Of a stretch of DNA of 64,000 nt, positions 25,995-34,546 are shown in pieces (positions within the stretch are counted from its first letter, which is position 1; every line of letters begins with the position of its first letter). This DNA is from an uncultured Verrucomicrobiae bacterium. Lineage in GTDB: Bacteria; Verrucomicrobiota; Verrucomicrobiia; Chthoniobacterales; UBA10450. The stretch lies in the NCBI GenBank assembly GCA_963817335.1, contig CAWFNX010000001.1, positions 1,100,820 to 1,164,819 of the forward strand, read 5' to 3'. A model generated the notes under the pieces. The model ran no database searches and had not been told where the DNA came from. It worked only from the letters and a program-made list of their open reading frames with translations. The position numbers were made by a program, and so were the translations under genes.

Positions 25995-26815
25995 TGCGTT
26001 GAAACAAATTGCTCAAGATCGGTTGGAAGGTCAGCCGTCCATTCATGTTCGTTCTCGATCTGGAGTTTGGCCGAATGCAGCGCGTGACGTGGTAGAAGTA
26101 ATTTTTGTTGAAGACTCGATGTCCAACCGGTCTCGATAAACTCCAGATAGAGCTTTTCGTCCGGGCCATAAATTTTGTCGCCGACAATCGGATGTCTGAG
26201 CGAAGCGAGGTGAACACGAATCTGGTGCGTGCGCCCCGTTCTCGGAATTGCTCGAACCAGACTGAACTTGCCCTCACCTGCCGCTTGGCGGCTTCCTCTC
26301 CCTGAGGGAGAGGAGTGAGGTGAGGGTTCTGCTGGCTTCGACTCACGGGTTGTCGCTCTGGTAAACCGCTGCTCAATCTGAAATTGGGTGACCGCCTCCG
26401 CGCCCTTCGGATGGATCGTTTGCTTCAGCCAGATCGCGGAGCGCTGATGCTTCCCCTGTCGATCCAGCGGCGCATCGACAATTGTCGTCTCCCATTCAGG
26501 CCAGCCCCAGACAATGGCGAGATATTCTTTGTGAACGCGTTGTTGTTGCATCAGTAAACCGAATCTTCGAGCGGCCGAGGCCGTTTTGGCGACAAGCACG
26601 AGCCCGCTGGTTTCGCGGTCCAACCGGTTGACGATCGACACCTGCCCGCCGTTTGCGATTTCAAAGGCCAGCAATTCGCGCAGTTGTTTCCATAACGTGG
26701 GCCGTTGGTCCGGTTTGGTCGGATGAGTGAGGAGAAACGCGGGCTTGTCGACAACGATGTAATCATCGGACTCATCGATGATTTTGAAATGGATCGATCT
26801 TAGCGAAGAGTGCAT
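25976..26815 (-). CDS. RluA family pseudouridine synthase
   Basis: DYIVVDKPAFLLTHP, VNRLDRETSGLVLVAKT, PRTGRTHQIRVHLA. I took the start at ATG 26815; the alternative is TTG 26848. The gene contains an in-frame repeat-derived insertion. Confidence 0.85.
   Translation of the reverse strand: MHSSLRSIHFKIIDESDDYIVVDKPAFLLTHPTKPDQRPTLWKQLRELLAFEIANGGQVSIVNRLDRETSGLVLVAKTASAARRFGLLMQQQRVHKEYLAIVWGWPEWETTIVDAPLDRQGKHQRSAIWLKQTIHPKGAEAVTQFQIEQRFTRATTRESKPAEPSPHSSPSGRGSRQAAGEGKFSLVRAIPRTGRTHQIRVHLASLRHPIVGDKIYGPDEKLYLEFIETGWTSSLQQKLLLPRHALHSAKLQIENEHEWTADLPTDLEQFVSTQSFRTE
26292..26331. repeat. Palindrome-containing repeat (ctctccctgagggagag type), intragenic copy
   Basis: cttcctctccctgagggagaggagtgaggtgagggttctg, nearly identical to the intergenic copy at 29721-29759. 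Confidence 0.85.
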
Positions 26816-26848
26816 TTCGCCTGTGATGGCAACAAATCGTGATGACAA

Positions 26849-26985
26849 TAGCCCAGTGTTTTAACGCTGGGAAAATTGGATTTGAAAAGAGATAGTCCCG
26901 CTAGGGACGGAAGAGGGTTTCTTTCGTCCCTAGCGGGACTTGATCGTGGGGTGATATCTTATCCCAGCGCTCAAGTCCTGGGCTA
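26849..26985. repeat. Nested palindromic element in the rluA-family / accB divergent spacer
   Basis: The outer arms tagcccag...cgctggga (26849-26872) and tcccagcg...ctgggcta (26962-26985) enclose a perfect 15-bp stem, gtcccgctagggacg / cgtccctagcgggac (26895-26939), with a 15-nt loop. Confidence 0.8.
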
Positions 26986-27070
26986 TTGCCGGGCTTTCGG
27001 GCATGGACTTGACCTGCCCGGGAAAACCGCTTTACCTAACCCCCTTACCTCGAAAGCCGGAGCTACGCCC

Positions 27071-27514
27071 TTGGACCTTAAAGACCTTAAAGACATCAAA
27101 GCCATCATCGATTTGATGAAGGAGAACGACTTGTCTACCTTCGAGATGGAGAAGGACGGCTTTCGTCTGAAGATGCAGAAGGGCCTGGGCGATCAACCGA
27201 TCGTCGTCTCGGCGGCGCCCGCCGTTGGCAATGGTCCAGCGGCTGCCGCGCCGCCAGCTCCTGCGGCCGAAGGGTCGAATCTCAAAGATATTACGTCGCC
27301 GATGGTCGGCACTTTTTATAGGGCATCGTCGCCGGAGGCGGCGGCGTTTGTCGATGTTGGAACAAAAGTGAACGAAGACACCGTGGTTTGCATTATCGAA
27401 GCGATGAAAGTGATGAACGAAATCAAGGCGGAAACGAGCGGGGTGATCACCGAAGTCGTGGCCGAGAACAGCAAACCGGTCCAATTCGGCCAGGTTCTCT
27501 TTAAAGTTCGTTAG
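27071..27514 (+). CDS. accB: Acetyl-CoA carboxylase biotin carboxyl carrier protein
   Basis: Biotinylation motif CIIEAMKVMNEI and an Ala/Pro linker. The start is uncertain: TTG 27071 preceded by ggag is proposed, because the listed ATG 26876 lies inside the palindromic element. Confidence 0.8.
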   Translation: MDLKDLKDIKAIIDLMKENDLSTFEMEKDGFRLKMQKGLGDQPIVVSAAPAVGNGPAAAAPPAPAAEGSNLKDITSPMVGTFYRASSPEAAAFVDVGTKVNEDTVVCIIEAMKVMNEIKAETSGVITEVVAENSKPVQFGQVLFKVR

Positions 27515-27593
27515 TTGAGAGTTGATAGTTGATAGATTTCAAACTCAACGCTCGCGTTAGTCAGCTATCAACTATCAACCAAAAACTCTCAAC
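27514..27593. repeat. k-mer-built imperfect hairpin filling the accB-accC spacer
   Basis: The left arm gttgagagttgatagttgatag (27514-27535) pairs with ctatcaactatcaaccaaaaactctcaac (27565-27593). The 3' arm ends 2 nt before the accC ATG. Confidence 0.75.
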
Positions 27594-27595
27594 CA

Positions 27596-28981
27596 ATGTT
27601 TGAGAAAGTCCTGATTGCCAATCGCGGTGAAATTGCCCTGCGCATTATCCGCGCGTGCAAAGAGCTCGGCGTTCGCACCCTGGCTGTTTATTCCGATGCC
27701 GATGTAGATTCGTTGCACGTTCAACTGGCTGACGAAGCGATCTGCATTGGCGCGGCGCCGAGCTCGGAAAGTTACTTGAAAGTCGAGCGGATCATGAGCG
27801 CGGCGGAAATCGGCGACGTCGACGCGATTCATCCCGGCTACGGATTTCTGGCCGAGAACGCGCACTTTGCCGAAGTGGCCGAGAGTTGCAAAATCAAATT
27901 CATCGGGCCGCCCTCGCACGTGATCCAAAGAATGGGCGACAAAGACGTGGCCCGCGCCTGTGCGCGCAATGCCGGAGTGCCAATAACTCCGGGCAGCGAC
28001 GGCGTTGTGGCCGACGATAAGGAAGCCGCGAAGATCGCGAAAAAAATTGGTTATCCGGTGATGATTAAAGCTGTTGCTGGCGGCGGCGGACGCGGAATGC
28101 GCGCTGCGCATAACGAATCAAGTTTGATCACAGGATTTCACAGCGCCCGAATGGAAGCCGAAAAAGCGTTCGGGAATCCCAACGTTTACCTAGAGAAGCT
28201 GATCGTGAATCCGCACCATATCGAGTTCCAAATCCTTGGTGACAGCCACGGCCACTTGATTCATCTCGGCGAGCGCGATTGTTCGATTCAACGCCGGAAC
28301 CAAAAGGTAATTGAGGAGTGTCCCTCGCCATTTATGAACCCGTCCCTGCGCAAGAAAATGGGCAACGCGGCGGTGAAATTGGCCAAAGCCATTGGGTACG
28401 AGAATGCCGGCACGATCGAGTTTCTGGTCGATGACGACCGGAAGTTCTATTTCATGGAAATGAACACGCGCATCCAGGTTGAGCACACCATTACCGAGGA
28501 GGCCTACGGATGCGATCTGGTGAAGGAGCAAATCCGGATCGCGGCGGGGGAACCGCTGTCGAAGCACATCGCGCGTGCCGAACCGCGTCTACACGCGATC
28601 CAATGCCGCATCAACGCCGAAGACCCGGCTATGAATTTCCAACCCTCGCCCGGGCGGATTAAATTTTATTACGCGCCAGGCGGCCGTGGCGTCCGCATCG
28701 ACTCGCATGCCTATACCGGTTACACCGTACCGTCCTACTACGACTCGCTGATCTCGAAAATCATCACCGCAGGCGCGACTCGCGATTCGGCGATCAATAG
28801 AATGCGGCGTGCCTTGGACGAATATTACGTGACCGGAATTAAGACGACGGTGCCGTTCCACGCCGCAATCATGCGGAGCGGCGAATTCCGTGACGGCAAA
28901 TATGACACCGGCTTTGTCGAGCGAATGATGAAGTCGGAAAAATTCCAATTAGTTCCGCCTTCTTCGAAGCTCCACGAATAA
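27596..28981 (+). CDS. accC: Acetyl-CoA carboxylase biotin carboxylase subunit
   Basis: [47 protein letters not shown]. Confidence 0.95.
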   Translation: MFEKVLIANRGEIALRIIRACKELGVRTLAVYSDADVDSLHVQLADEAICIGAAPSSESYLKVERIMSAAEIGDVDAIHPGYGFLAENAHFAEVAESCKIKFIGPPSHVIQRMGDKDVARACARNAGVPITPGSDGVVADDKEAAKIAKKIGYPVMIKAVAGGGGRGMRAAHNESSLITGFHSARMEAEKAFGNPNVYLEKLIVNPHHIEFQILGDSHGHLIHLGERDCSIQRRNQKVIEECPSPFMNPSLRKKMGNAAVKLAKAIGYENAGTIEFLVDDDRKFYFMEMNTRIQVEHTITEEAYGCDLVKEQIRIAAGEPLSKHIARAEPRLHAIQCRINAEDPAMNFQPSPGRIKFYYAPGGRGVRIDSHAYTGYTVPSYYDSLISKIITAGATRDSAINRMRRALDEYYVTGIKTTVPFHAAIMRSGEFRDGKYDTGFVERMMKSEKFQLVPPSSKLHE

Positions 28982-29021
28982 TCGCAGCCGCGGGGCAAAA
29001 GCAGATTCGTCCCGACAAAGC

Positions 29022-29675
29022 GTGCCGGCTACAATTAAACGAGTGAGAAATCTAACTGATTGCCGACTCTACGGGATCTTGGATCTCAATTACGTTGCGC
29101 AGGCCGACATCGAACGCGTTGCCACCGCCATGATCGAAGGAGATGTCGATATAATCCAACTGCGCGCCAAAGAATGTTCGCTGGCGGAAATTGTCGATCA
29201 CGCCGGACGACTGCACAAACTCACGGCGGCAGCTACGATTCCGCTCATCGTCAACGATTACGCTGGGGTGGCTGCGCAAATTCCGATCGAAGGCGTTCAC
29301 GTTGGGCAAGAAGACGATTCGATTGCGATCGCCCGCGAGAAAGCCGGCCGCAAAGTTATCGTCGGGAGATCAACGCACAGTCTCGAACAGGCGAACGCAG
29401 CGCTGCGGGAAGGTGCCGATTACATTGGATTTGGGCCAATCTTCGCCACGCCGACCAAGCCCGATTACGCGCCGATTGGAATGGAGAACATTAAACGCGT
29501 TCACGCCGAAGTTACGGTGCCGATCTTTTGCATCGGCGGGATCAAGATCGATAATCTCGGTGAAGTGATGGCGGCGGGCGCGAAACGAGTGGCGATTGTT
29601 TCGGGTTTGCTCAAAGCGCCGGATATCGTCAAATACGCGCACGCATGTAAAAATCTCCTGGAACCTGAAACGTGA
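29022..29675 (+). CDS. thiE: Thiamine-phosphate synthase
   Basis: LYGILD, IIQLRAK, VNDY, GVHVGQED, GFGPIFATPTK, IGGI; GTG start. Confidence 0.85.
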   Translation: MPATIKRVRNLTDCRLYGILDLNYVAQADIERVATAMIEGDVDIIQLRAKECSLAEIVDHAGRLHKLTAAATIPLIVNDYAGVAAQIPIEGVHVGQEDDSIAIAREKAGRKVIVGRSTHSLEQANAALREGADYIGFGPIFATPTKPDYAPIGMENIKRVHAEVTVPIFCIGGIKIDNLGEVMAAGAKRVAIVSGLLKAPDIVKYAHACKNLLEPET

Positions 29676-29720
29676 ACCTTTATTGCGGATTCGTTTGCCC
29701 TGACCTGGCGTTAAAAGCGC

Positions 29721-29759
29721 CTTCCTCTCCCTGAGGGAGAGGGTAGGGTGAGGGTTCTG
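29721..29759. repeat. Palindrome-containing repeat (ctctccctgagggagag type), intergenic copy
   Basis: cttcctctccctgagggagagggtagggtgagggttctg, between thiE and the PfkB kinase gene. Confidence 0.85.
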
Positions 29760-29769
29760 TCCGATCTTT

Positions 29770-30687
29770 ATGTCGGTTTTAATTGTTGGCTCGATCGCGC
29801 TCGACACCGTTAAAACTCCGGTGGAAGAGCACGGCGATTTGTTAGGCGGCTCGGCGTCGTACGCGGCTGCGGCCGCGAGCTACTTTTCCCCGGTCCGCCT
29901 GGTCGGCATTGTTGGCAGCGATTTCCCGCAAAGTGAATTCGATTTTTGGAAATCGAGAAAAATCGACGCCGAAGGTGTGCAACGCGTCGATGGCAAAACG
30001 TTTCGCTGGTCCGGCGAATACGCGTGGGACATGAACACGCGCGAAACTCGGTCAACTGAGCTAAACGTTTTCGAACAGTTCGAGCCGAAACTGCCGGAAT
30101 CCTACCGGCAAACAGACTTCGCTTTGCTGGCCAATATTGCGCCCGCGTTGCAGTCGCACGTCCTCCAACAAATGAGAAAGCCGCGGTTTGTCGTGGCCGA
30201 TACAATGAATCTCTGGATCGAAACGACCCGAAAAGATCTCGATGCGTTGCTGCCGAACGTTGATCTTTTGATTCTAAATGACAGCGAAGCGCGCGAAATG
30301 ACAAAGGAAACGAGCCTGATCAAGGCCGGCCGCGGGATCCGAAACATGGGGCCGCGCTATGTTGCGATCAAGAAAGGCGAGCACGGCGCGCTGCTTTTCG
30401 GAGACGATGAATTCTTCAGTTGTGGCGCGTATCCGTTGGAAGACATTCACGATCCGACCGGAGCAGGGGACACCTTCGCGGGCGGCATGGCCGGTTACCT
30501 GGCGGGGACGATCGGCGGCAAAGTGACATTTACCGATCTGCGCAAAGCCATGATTTACGGGAGCGTGCTGGCGAGTTTTTGTGTGGAAGCGTTTAGCTTG
30601 GAAAAATTGCGCAAGCTCACGATGGAACAAATCAACGAACGTTACGAAGCATTCAAGATGATGAGCCAGTTCGAAGTGCCGGATTAG
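29770..30687 (+). CDS. PfkB family carbohydrate kinase
   Basis: VGSIALDTV, and a DPTGAGDTFAGG anion-hole/catalytic motif near the C-terminus. Confidence 0.8.
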   Translation: MSVLIVGSIALDTVKTPVEEHGDLLGGSASYAAAAASYFSPVRLVGIVGSDFPQSEFDFWKSRKIDAEGVQRVDGKTFRWSGEYAWDMNTRETRSTELNVFEQFEPKLPESYRQTDFALLANIAPALQSHVLQQMRKPRFVVADTMNLWIETTRKDLDALLPNVDLLILNDSEAREMTKETSLIKAGRGIRNMGPRYVAIKKGEHGALLFGDDEFFSCGAYPLEDIHDPTGAGDTFAGGMAGYLAGTIGGKVTFTDLRKAMIYGSVLASFCVEAFSLEKLRKLTMEQINERYEAFKMMSQFEVPD

Positions 30688-30796
30688 TTGGTTCGAGCGA
30701 GGACTTGCAGATCGGCTTTGATCTTGCCTTTGGGTTTTCGCAAACGTTAAATCTTAGTAGCGTTGCTGGAGATCGGGGTTTGGAAAAAGTAAAACT

Positions 30797-32029
30797 GTGA
30801 GTGCGCGATGTCTTTTTATTTGCACTGCGCTGATGCTGTTGGTCGATGCCGTGTACGCCGGCGTCTATCAACACACGAGAGACGGACACACCCTTTTCTG
30901 GAATAATAATCCAAGTCCGGATAGCGAGGCGACGTGGTCGGGTAGCCGCGATTCGAAAGGGTTCGCCACGGGATATGGCACATTGACCTGGTATAAGGTC
31001 CAGCGCGCAGTCGTGACTGGCTCCAATATAGCGTCCTCCAGAGGGAGCGCCGGTAGCCCTGTCATAATCAACCGCTATTCGGGCAAAATGATCCTGGGCA
31101 AATTTGATGGACCAGTCCAGAACGTAGATGGGAGGGGGAAGACATTTCACAGCACCTTTGCTAACGGGATTAAAACGACTGACTCGGTTGCAGGGACCCC
31201 GCCGCCCCCTGACCAACAATCGAGTGAACGTGTATCCAAAGATGCTGGCAAGGCGCAGCCCGCACGGCCGGCCGCGGGGCCATCAAGTTCTAAGACGGCA
31301 GCATCTCAGCATTCGCCCATGCAGTCGAAACCACTAGTTGGCGACGCGCAGCCCGCACCGCCAGCCGCGGGGCCATCAAGTTCTAAGACGGCAGCATCTC
31401 AGCATTCGCCTATGCAGTCGAAACCATCAGCACCATCTTCAGCTCCAGCGATCGACGACGCGACCGTAAAGAGCCGCATGATCGCTGACTTTGAGGAACA
31501 AACTCAATCGGTTTTGTCTCGGGTAGGGGATGCGACTGGAAATTTTCGTGAGATCGATCGACTGGATTCTGTGCCGCAGTTACCCGCGGCCGTATCCGAT
31601 AGCGTCGCCTCGTTGGTCGACCGTGCACGTGAGTTTCGCGCGAAGGTTGGATACGAAACCGCTCTGAGCGAATATCGAACCGAAACTGAAACCGTCGACG
31701 CGCTATCGGCTCTTGATCAGACGGCCCGAAGTATCGCCGGCAGAGATGCTTCTGCGGCGAATTCCCGGCTAGCCGATTTCCTGAAAAGTAATCCTGAACC
31801 AACGGTGGATGTTCAGAAACCGTTGTGGAGTTATCTGACTTCAATGAGGTTGTTGTGCAGTCGATTGGAGAAAGAGGCCGAGATCCACTCAGAGCGGGCA
31901 CAAGCATTTGCTTCGGCCGGCAGAGCCGCAGATGCCATCCGAGAATATCAAGAGGCATATCGGATCTTCCCGAATCCGGCTACAGCTGAGAAGATCCGTC
32001 AGCTTCAGAGCAAAGGCCTCGGATTATGA
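30797..32029 (+). CDS. Secreted repeat protein (MORN-like N-terminal repeats, P/S-rich tandem repeat, TPR-like C-terminus)
   Basis: Signal peptide SARCLFICTALMLLVDAVYAG, GYGTLTWY.../GKFDGPVQN-type motifs, two 31-aa repeats AQPA(R/P)PAAGPSSSKTAASQHSPMQSKP, and a C-terminal AGRAADAIREYQEAYRIFPN. Confidence 0.55.
   Translation: MSARCLFICTALMLLVDAVYAGVYQHTRDGHTLFWNNNPSPDSEATWSGSRDSKGFATGYGTLTWYKVQRAVVTGSNIASSRGSAGSPVIINRYSGKMILGKFDGPVQNVDGRGKTFHSTFANGIKTTDSVAGTPPPPDQQSSERVSKDAGKAQPARPAAGPSSSKTAASQHSPMQSKPLVGDAQPAPPAAGPSSSKTAASQHSPMQSKPSAPSSAPAIDDATVKSRMIADFEEQTQSVLSRVGDATGNFREIDRLDSVPQLPAAVSDSVASLVDRAREFRAKVGYETALSEYRTETETVDALSALDQTARSIAGRDASAANSRLADFLKSNPEPTVDVQKPLWSYLTSMRLLCSRLEKEAEIHSERAQAFASAGRAADAIREYQEAYRIFPNPATAEKIRQLQSKGLGL
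31253..31428 (+). repeat. 93-bp tandem repeat, about 1.9 copies, in frame
   Basis: The units start at 31253 and 31346. I counted 3 mismatches over the ~82 bp shared by both units. Confidence 0.9.
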
Positions 32030-33213
32030 AGAGACAGTATTTTTACGCTTCCCTTTTTGTCAGAGTGGCAAAGGGACTTGCTGTTCTCACAGGGTTGATC
32101 GGGATCGGATTTTGCGCCCTGCGCTATTACCAGGCCACCATCGCAGCGGGTGCGGTTGCCTATAAACCTTCGCCCGATCTGCAACAGGTGCTTAACAGAC
32201 TGAAAGACGCTTTTTTGACTGCTGAGCAGACTGCCAACTCATTTAATGAGGGAAATCAATCAACCGCACCGAGCGTTGATGCGCCACACTTTCCGCCGGT
32301 GATTAATTCAATGGATGATTTTAACCGAATCGCCGCCGAGCTCGCCAGAGTCGATCAGGCGCGCGGACAGTTGAAAGAATCGATTGTGAGCCGTTTTGAA
32401 ACTCTGGTGAAGAGTATCGAAGAGAAACTTCACGCTTACGCAGCGGTATTGCAGTCGTCCCCGTCGCCAACACCTGCCACCAGTGAAAGTCCTATCCCCA
32501 ATGCCTCACCCTCACCGTCTCCCACTGCTGGCGAAGAATCTTTGTTTTCATCCCAGCTTGCTACTTCCGAAACGAATGAGAGACGCGCGGATCTGAATGA
32601 GCGGAAGGAATTTCTTAAAGCCCTGGCTGGCAAAGCCGAAAACGCCGAAAATCGTGTGATACTGCGCGAAGCCGCAGATCAACTGAACCGGTTGGCGAAG
32701 CTGCTGCCGGAAAAATTCGACGCATCAACTGGAGCGCAGCCGGCTGCCACGTCCATAGCCCGGAAGGAACCGCCAACTGAACAAGGTGGCCAACTGTTGC
32801 CCTCCGAGCGAGTCGCTCGCCAGCTTGAGCAGTTGCGGGGCACAGTGCGACGGATGTTACTTACGTCATGGAGCCTGGATGATGCTTTTGAGCAGGTAGT
32901 TAATGCTAATTTGGCTGAGCAGGAAAAGTATCGCGCTGCGACACAGGCACAAAAAGCGATTTGGCTCACAGCAACTTCGCGAATCGTAATTGGGTTGCTT
33001 GCGGTTGGTCTTGCGAGCCTCGTGATAGTTGTCTTTGCTGATCTCGTTCAGACCCAACTCGATACCGCGACCAACAGCAGCACGGTAGCAGATGCCATCG
33101 ATTCCATGCGCGGGTCGGTGACACATTTGTCGGCAGCTGAGCCGGCTCTGGAAGAGGCAGCGCAAGTCCACAAGAACGGTGATAAGCGCGCCCGAGAGGA
33201 TTCGAACCACTAA
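32026..33213 (+). CDS. Hypothetical membrane-anchored coiled-coil protein
   Basis: ATGA overlap with the upstream gene. N-terminal TM (GLAVLTGLIGIGFCAL), a long helical/charged region with a P/S-rich segment, and a C-terminal TM (IVIGLLAVGLASLVIVVFADLV). The last ~9 codons are antisense to the tRNA gene. Confidence 0.5.
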   Translation: MKRQYFYASLFVRVAKGLAVLTGLIGIGFCALRYYQATIAAGAVAYKPSPDLQQVLNRLKDAFLTAEQTANSFNEGNQSTAPSVDAPHFPPVINSMDDFNRIAAELARVDQARGQLKESIVSRFETLVKSIEEKLHAYAAVLQSSPSPTPATSESPIPNASPSPSPTAGEESLFSSQLATSETNERRADLNERKEFLKALAGKAENAENRVILREAADQLNRLAKLLPEKFDASTGAQPAATSIARKEPPTEQGGQLLPSERVARQLEQLRGTVRRMLLTSWSLDDAFEQVVNANLAEQEKYRAATQAQKAIWLTATSRIVIGLLAVGLASLVIVVFADLVQTQLDTATNSSTVADAIDSMRGSVTHLSAAEPALEEAAQVHKNGDKRAREDSNH

Positions 33214-33260
33214 CCTTCTGATCCGTAGTCAGATGCTCTATCCAGTTGAGCTACGGGCGC
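33187..33260 (-). tRNA. tRNA-Arg (anticodon ACG)
   Basis: Manual cloverleaf: acceptor GCGCCCG/CGGGCGC, D-stem GCTC/GAGC, anticodon stem TCTGA/TCAGA with loop CTACGGA, and T-arm AGTGG-TTCGAAT-CCTCT (one U-U mismatch). No CCA is encoded. Confidence 0.85.
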
Positions 33261-33311
33261 CTAAGAGAGCGTGTAATTTGCGGAGAAACGCGGAAGGGTC
33301 AAATAACAGAC

Positions 33312-33391
33312 GTGATCAGTGACGCGTGACCAGTCACAAGTTATAATCACGTCGGCTTTTTCCTGTTCACTGATCACAGGTCACTGTTCAC
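33312..33391. repeat. GTGAC/GTCAC k-mer hairpin region upstream of 33401
   Basis: gtgatcagtgacgcgtgaccagtcac (33312-33337) is partly complementary to gttcactgatcacaggtcactgttcac (33365-33391). Confidence 0.65.
33319..33347 (+). promoter_or_regulatory. Possible sigma70-type promoter (GTGACG-N17-TATAAT)
   Basis: A perfect TATAAT at 33342-33347, with GTGACG (4 of 6 to TTGACA) 17 nt upstream and the ATG at 33401 lying 53 nt downstream. No experimental support. Confidence 0.3.
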
Positions 33392-33400
33392 TTTCAGTAA

Positions 33401-34546
33401 ATGACCATCTTTCTCGGCTGCGGTTTCGCGGCGAAATATCTCCAGGGCGGCGGCAACTTTTCCGTCCCACTGCAATGGATGCTCGGCCTGCGCCGATTAA
33501 AATGCGACGCAATCTGGCTCGAGCACATGCCGAGCGAAGGAAATTTTCGCGATGACGAGCGGAAGATCGCGAACTTCCAGCGACAGCTCCGGCTCCACGG
33601 ACTGGCCGGTCGCTATTGTTTGCTTTATCACGAGAAACCCGAGAGCACGCACGATCTCGATGCGCTCCGTTGTTTTGGAATGTCCAAACGGGAGCTTTTG
33701 GACCGACTGGCCGGTCCGAACGTTTTGCTCAATCTCAGTTACTCGATTCATCCTCCGTTGCTGATGCAATTCGAGCGCCGGCTCTTTTGCGACCTTGATC
33801 CCAGCGAAATCATGTTCTGGATGACAAAAATGGAATTGGGCCAGTCCACCCATCACGAATTCTGGACGATTGGACTGAACGTAAATGCCGCCGATTGCCG
33901 GTTGCCGAAACTGTTGGACATGAAGTGGCGAACATTTTTCCCGCTGGTCGACTCGAAATTATACAAGCCGAAGCCGCGTCCGCGCTCGCCGAAGTTCACT
34001 ACGATCGGGCAATGGTATTGGAGCGGCGCGGTCGAAGTAGACGGCGATTATCCCGACCTTTCGAAGAAGCACGCATTCGAGAAATACATGGATCTGCCGA
34101 AACGAGTCCCGGAGGCGCGGTTTGAATTGGCGATGCACATGAATCCGGACGATCCGGAACTGGCGCGGGTGCGAAAGCGCGGCTGGCGGGTTGTCGAACC
34201 TCACAAACTGGCGGGCACGCCGAAGAAATACCGGCAATACCTCGCGAGCGGGCTTGGCGAATTCACGGCGATCAAGGGGGTCGATGTCAGTTGGAGGACC
34301 GGTTGGCTGAGCGACCGGGCGGCGGCATTTCTGGCCACGGGGCGGCCGGTGATTACCGAGGATAGTGGGGCGGGCAAATACCTTCCGCGCGCGAGCGGTT
34401 TTCATTTTGTCGGGGACCTGGAGGAATCGGCCGCCGCGGTCACGGACGTTCTGGCAAACTGGCCCCGCCGTTCGCGCGAAGCGCGGGCCTGCGCAGTCGA
34501 ATTGTTCGATTCGGGAAAAAATCTTAACAAAATCCTTGGCCTGTAG
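33401..34546 (+). CDS. Glycosyltransferase-like protein (CgeB/GT1-like C-terminal domain, tentative)
   Basis: C-terminal GWLSDRAAAFLATGRPVITEDSG. It is clearly paralogous to the 51558-52730 product over its whole length. The stop TAG lies inside the repeat at 34542. Confidence 0.55.
   Translation: MTIFLGCGFAAKYLQGGGNFSVPLQWMLGLRRLKCDAIWLEHMPSEGNFRDDERKIANFQRQLRLHGLAGRYCLLYHEKPESTHDLDALRCFGMSKRELLDRLAGPNVLLNLSYSIHPPLLMQFERRLFCDLDPSEIMFWMTKMELGQSTHHEFWTIGLNVNAADCRLPKLLDMKWRTFFPLVDSKLYKPKPRPRSPKFTTIGQWYWSGAVEVDGDYPDLSKKHAFEKYMDLPKRVPEARFELAMHMNPDDPELARVRKRGWRVVEPHKLAGTPKKYRQYLASGLGEFTAIKGVDVSWRTGWLSDRAAAFLATGRPVITEDSGAGKYLPRASGFHFVGDLEESAAAVTDVLANWPRRSREARACAVELFDSGKNLNKILGL

Noticed and set aside
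28982-29021. TPP riboswitch upstream of thiE
   Set aside because: Only 40 nt separate accC from thiE. That is too short for a THI-box, and the conserved ctgaga-type core is not present.
33261-33330. Promoter for the tRNA-Arg gene (TTGACC about 35 nt upstream)
   Set aside because: A good -35-like hexamer is present on the minus strand, but the best -10 candidate (CAAATT) is weak. This is not enough to report it as a feature.
30797-33400. tRNA-Arg-associated genomic island or prophage remnant
   Set aside because: I saw no integrase, no direct repeat of the tRNA 3' end and no phage or conjugation genes. Only two unassigned genes lie on the 3' side of the tRNA gene.
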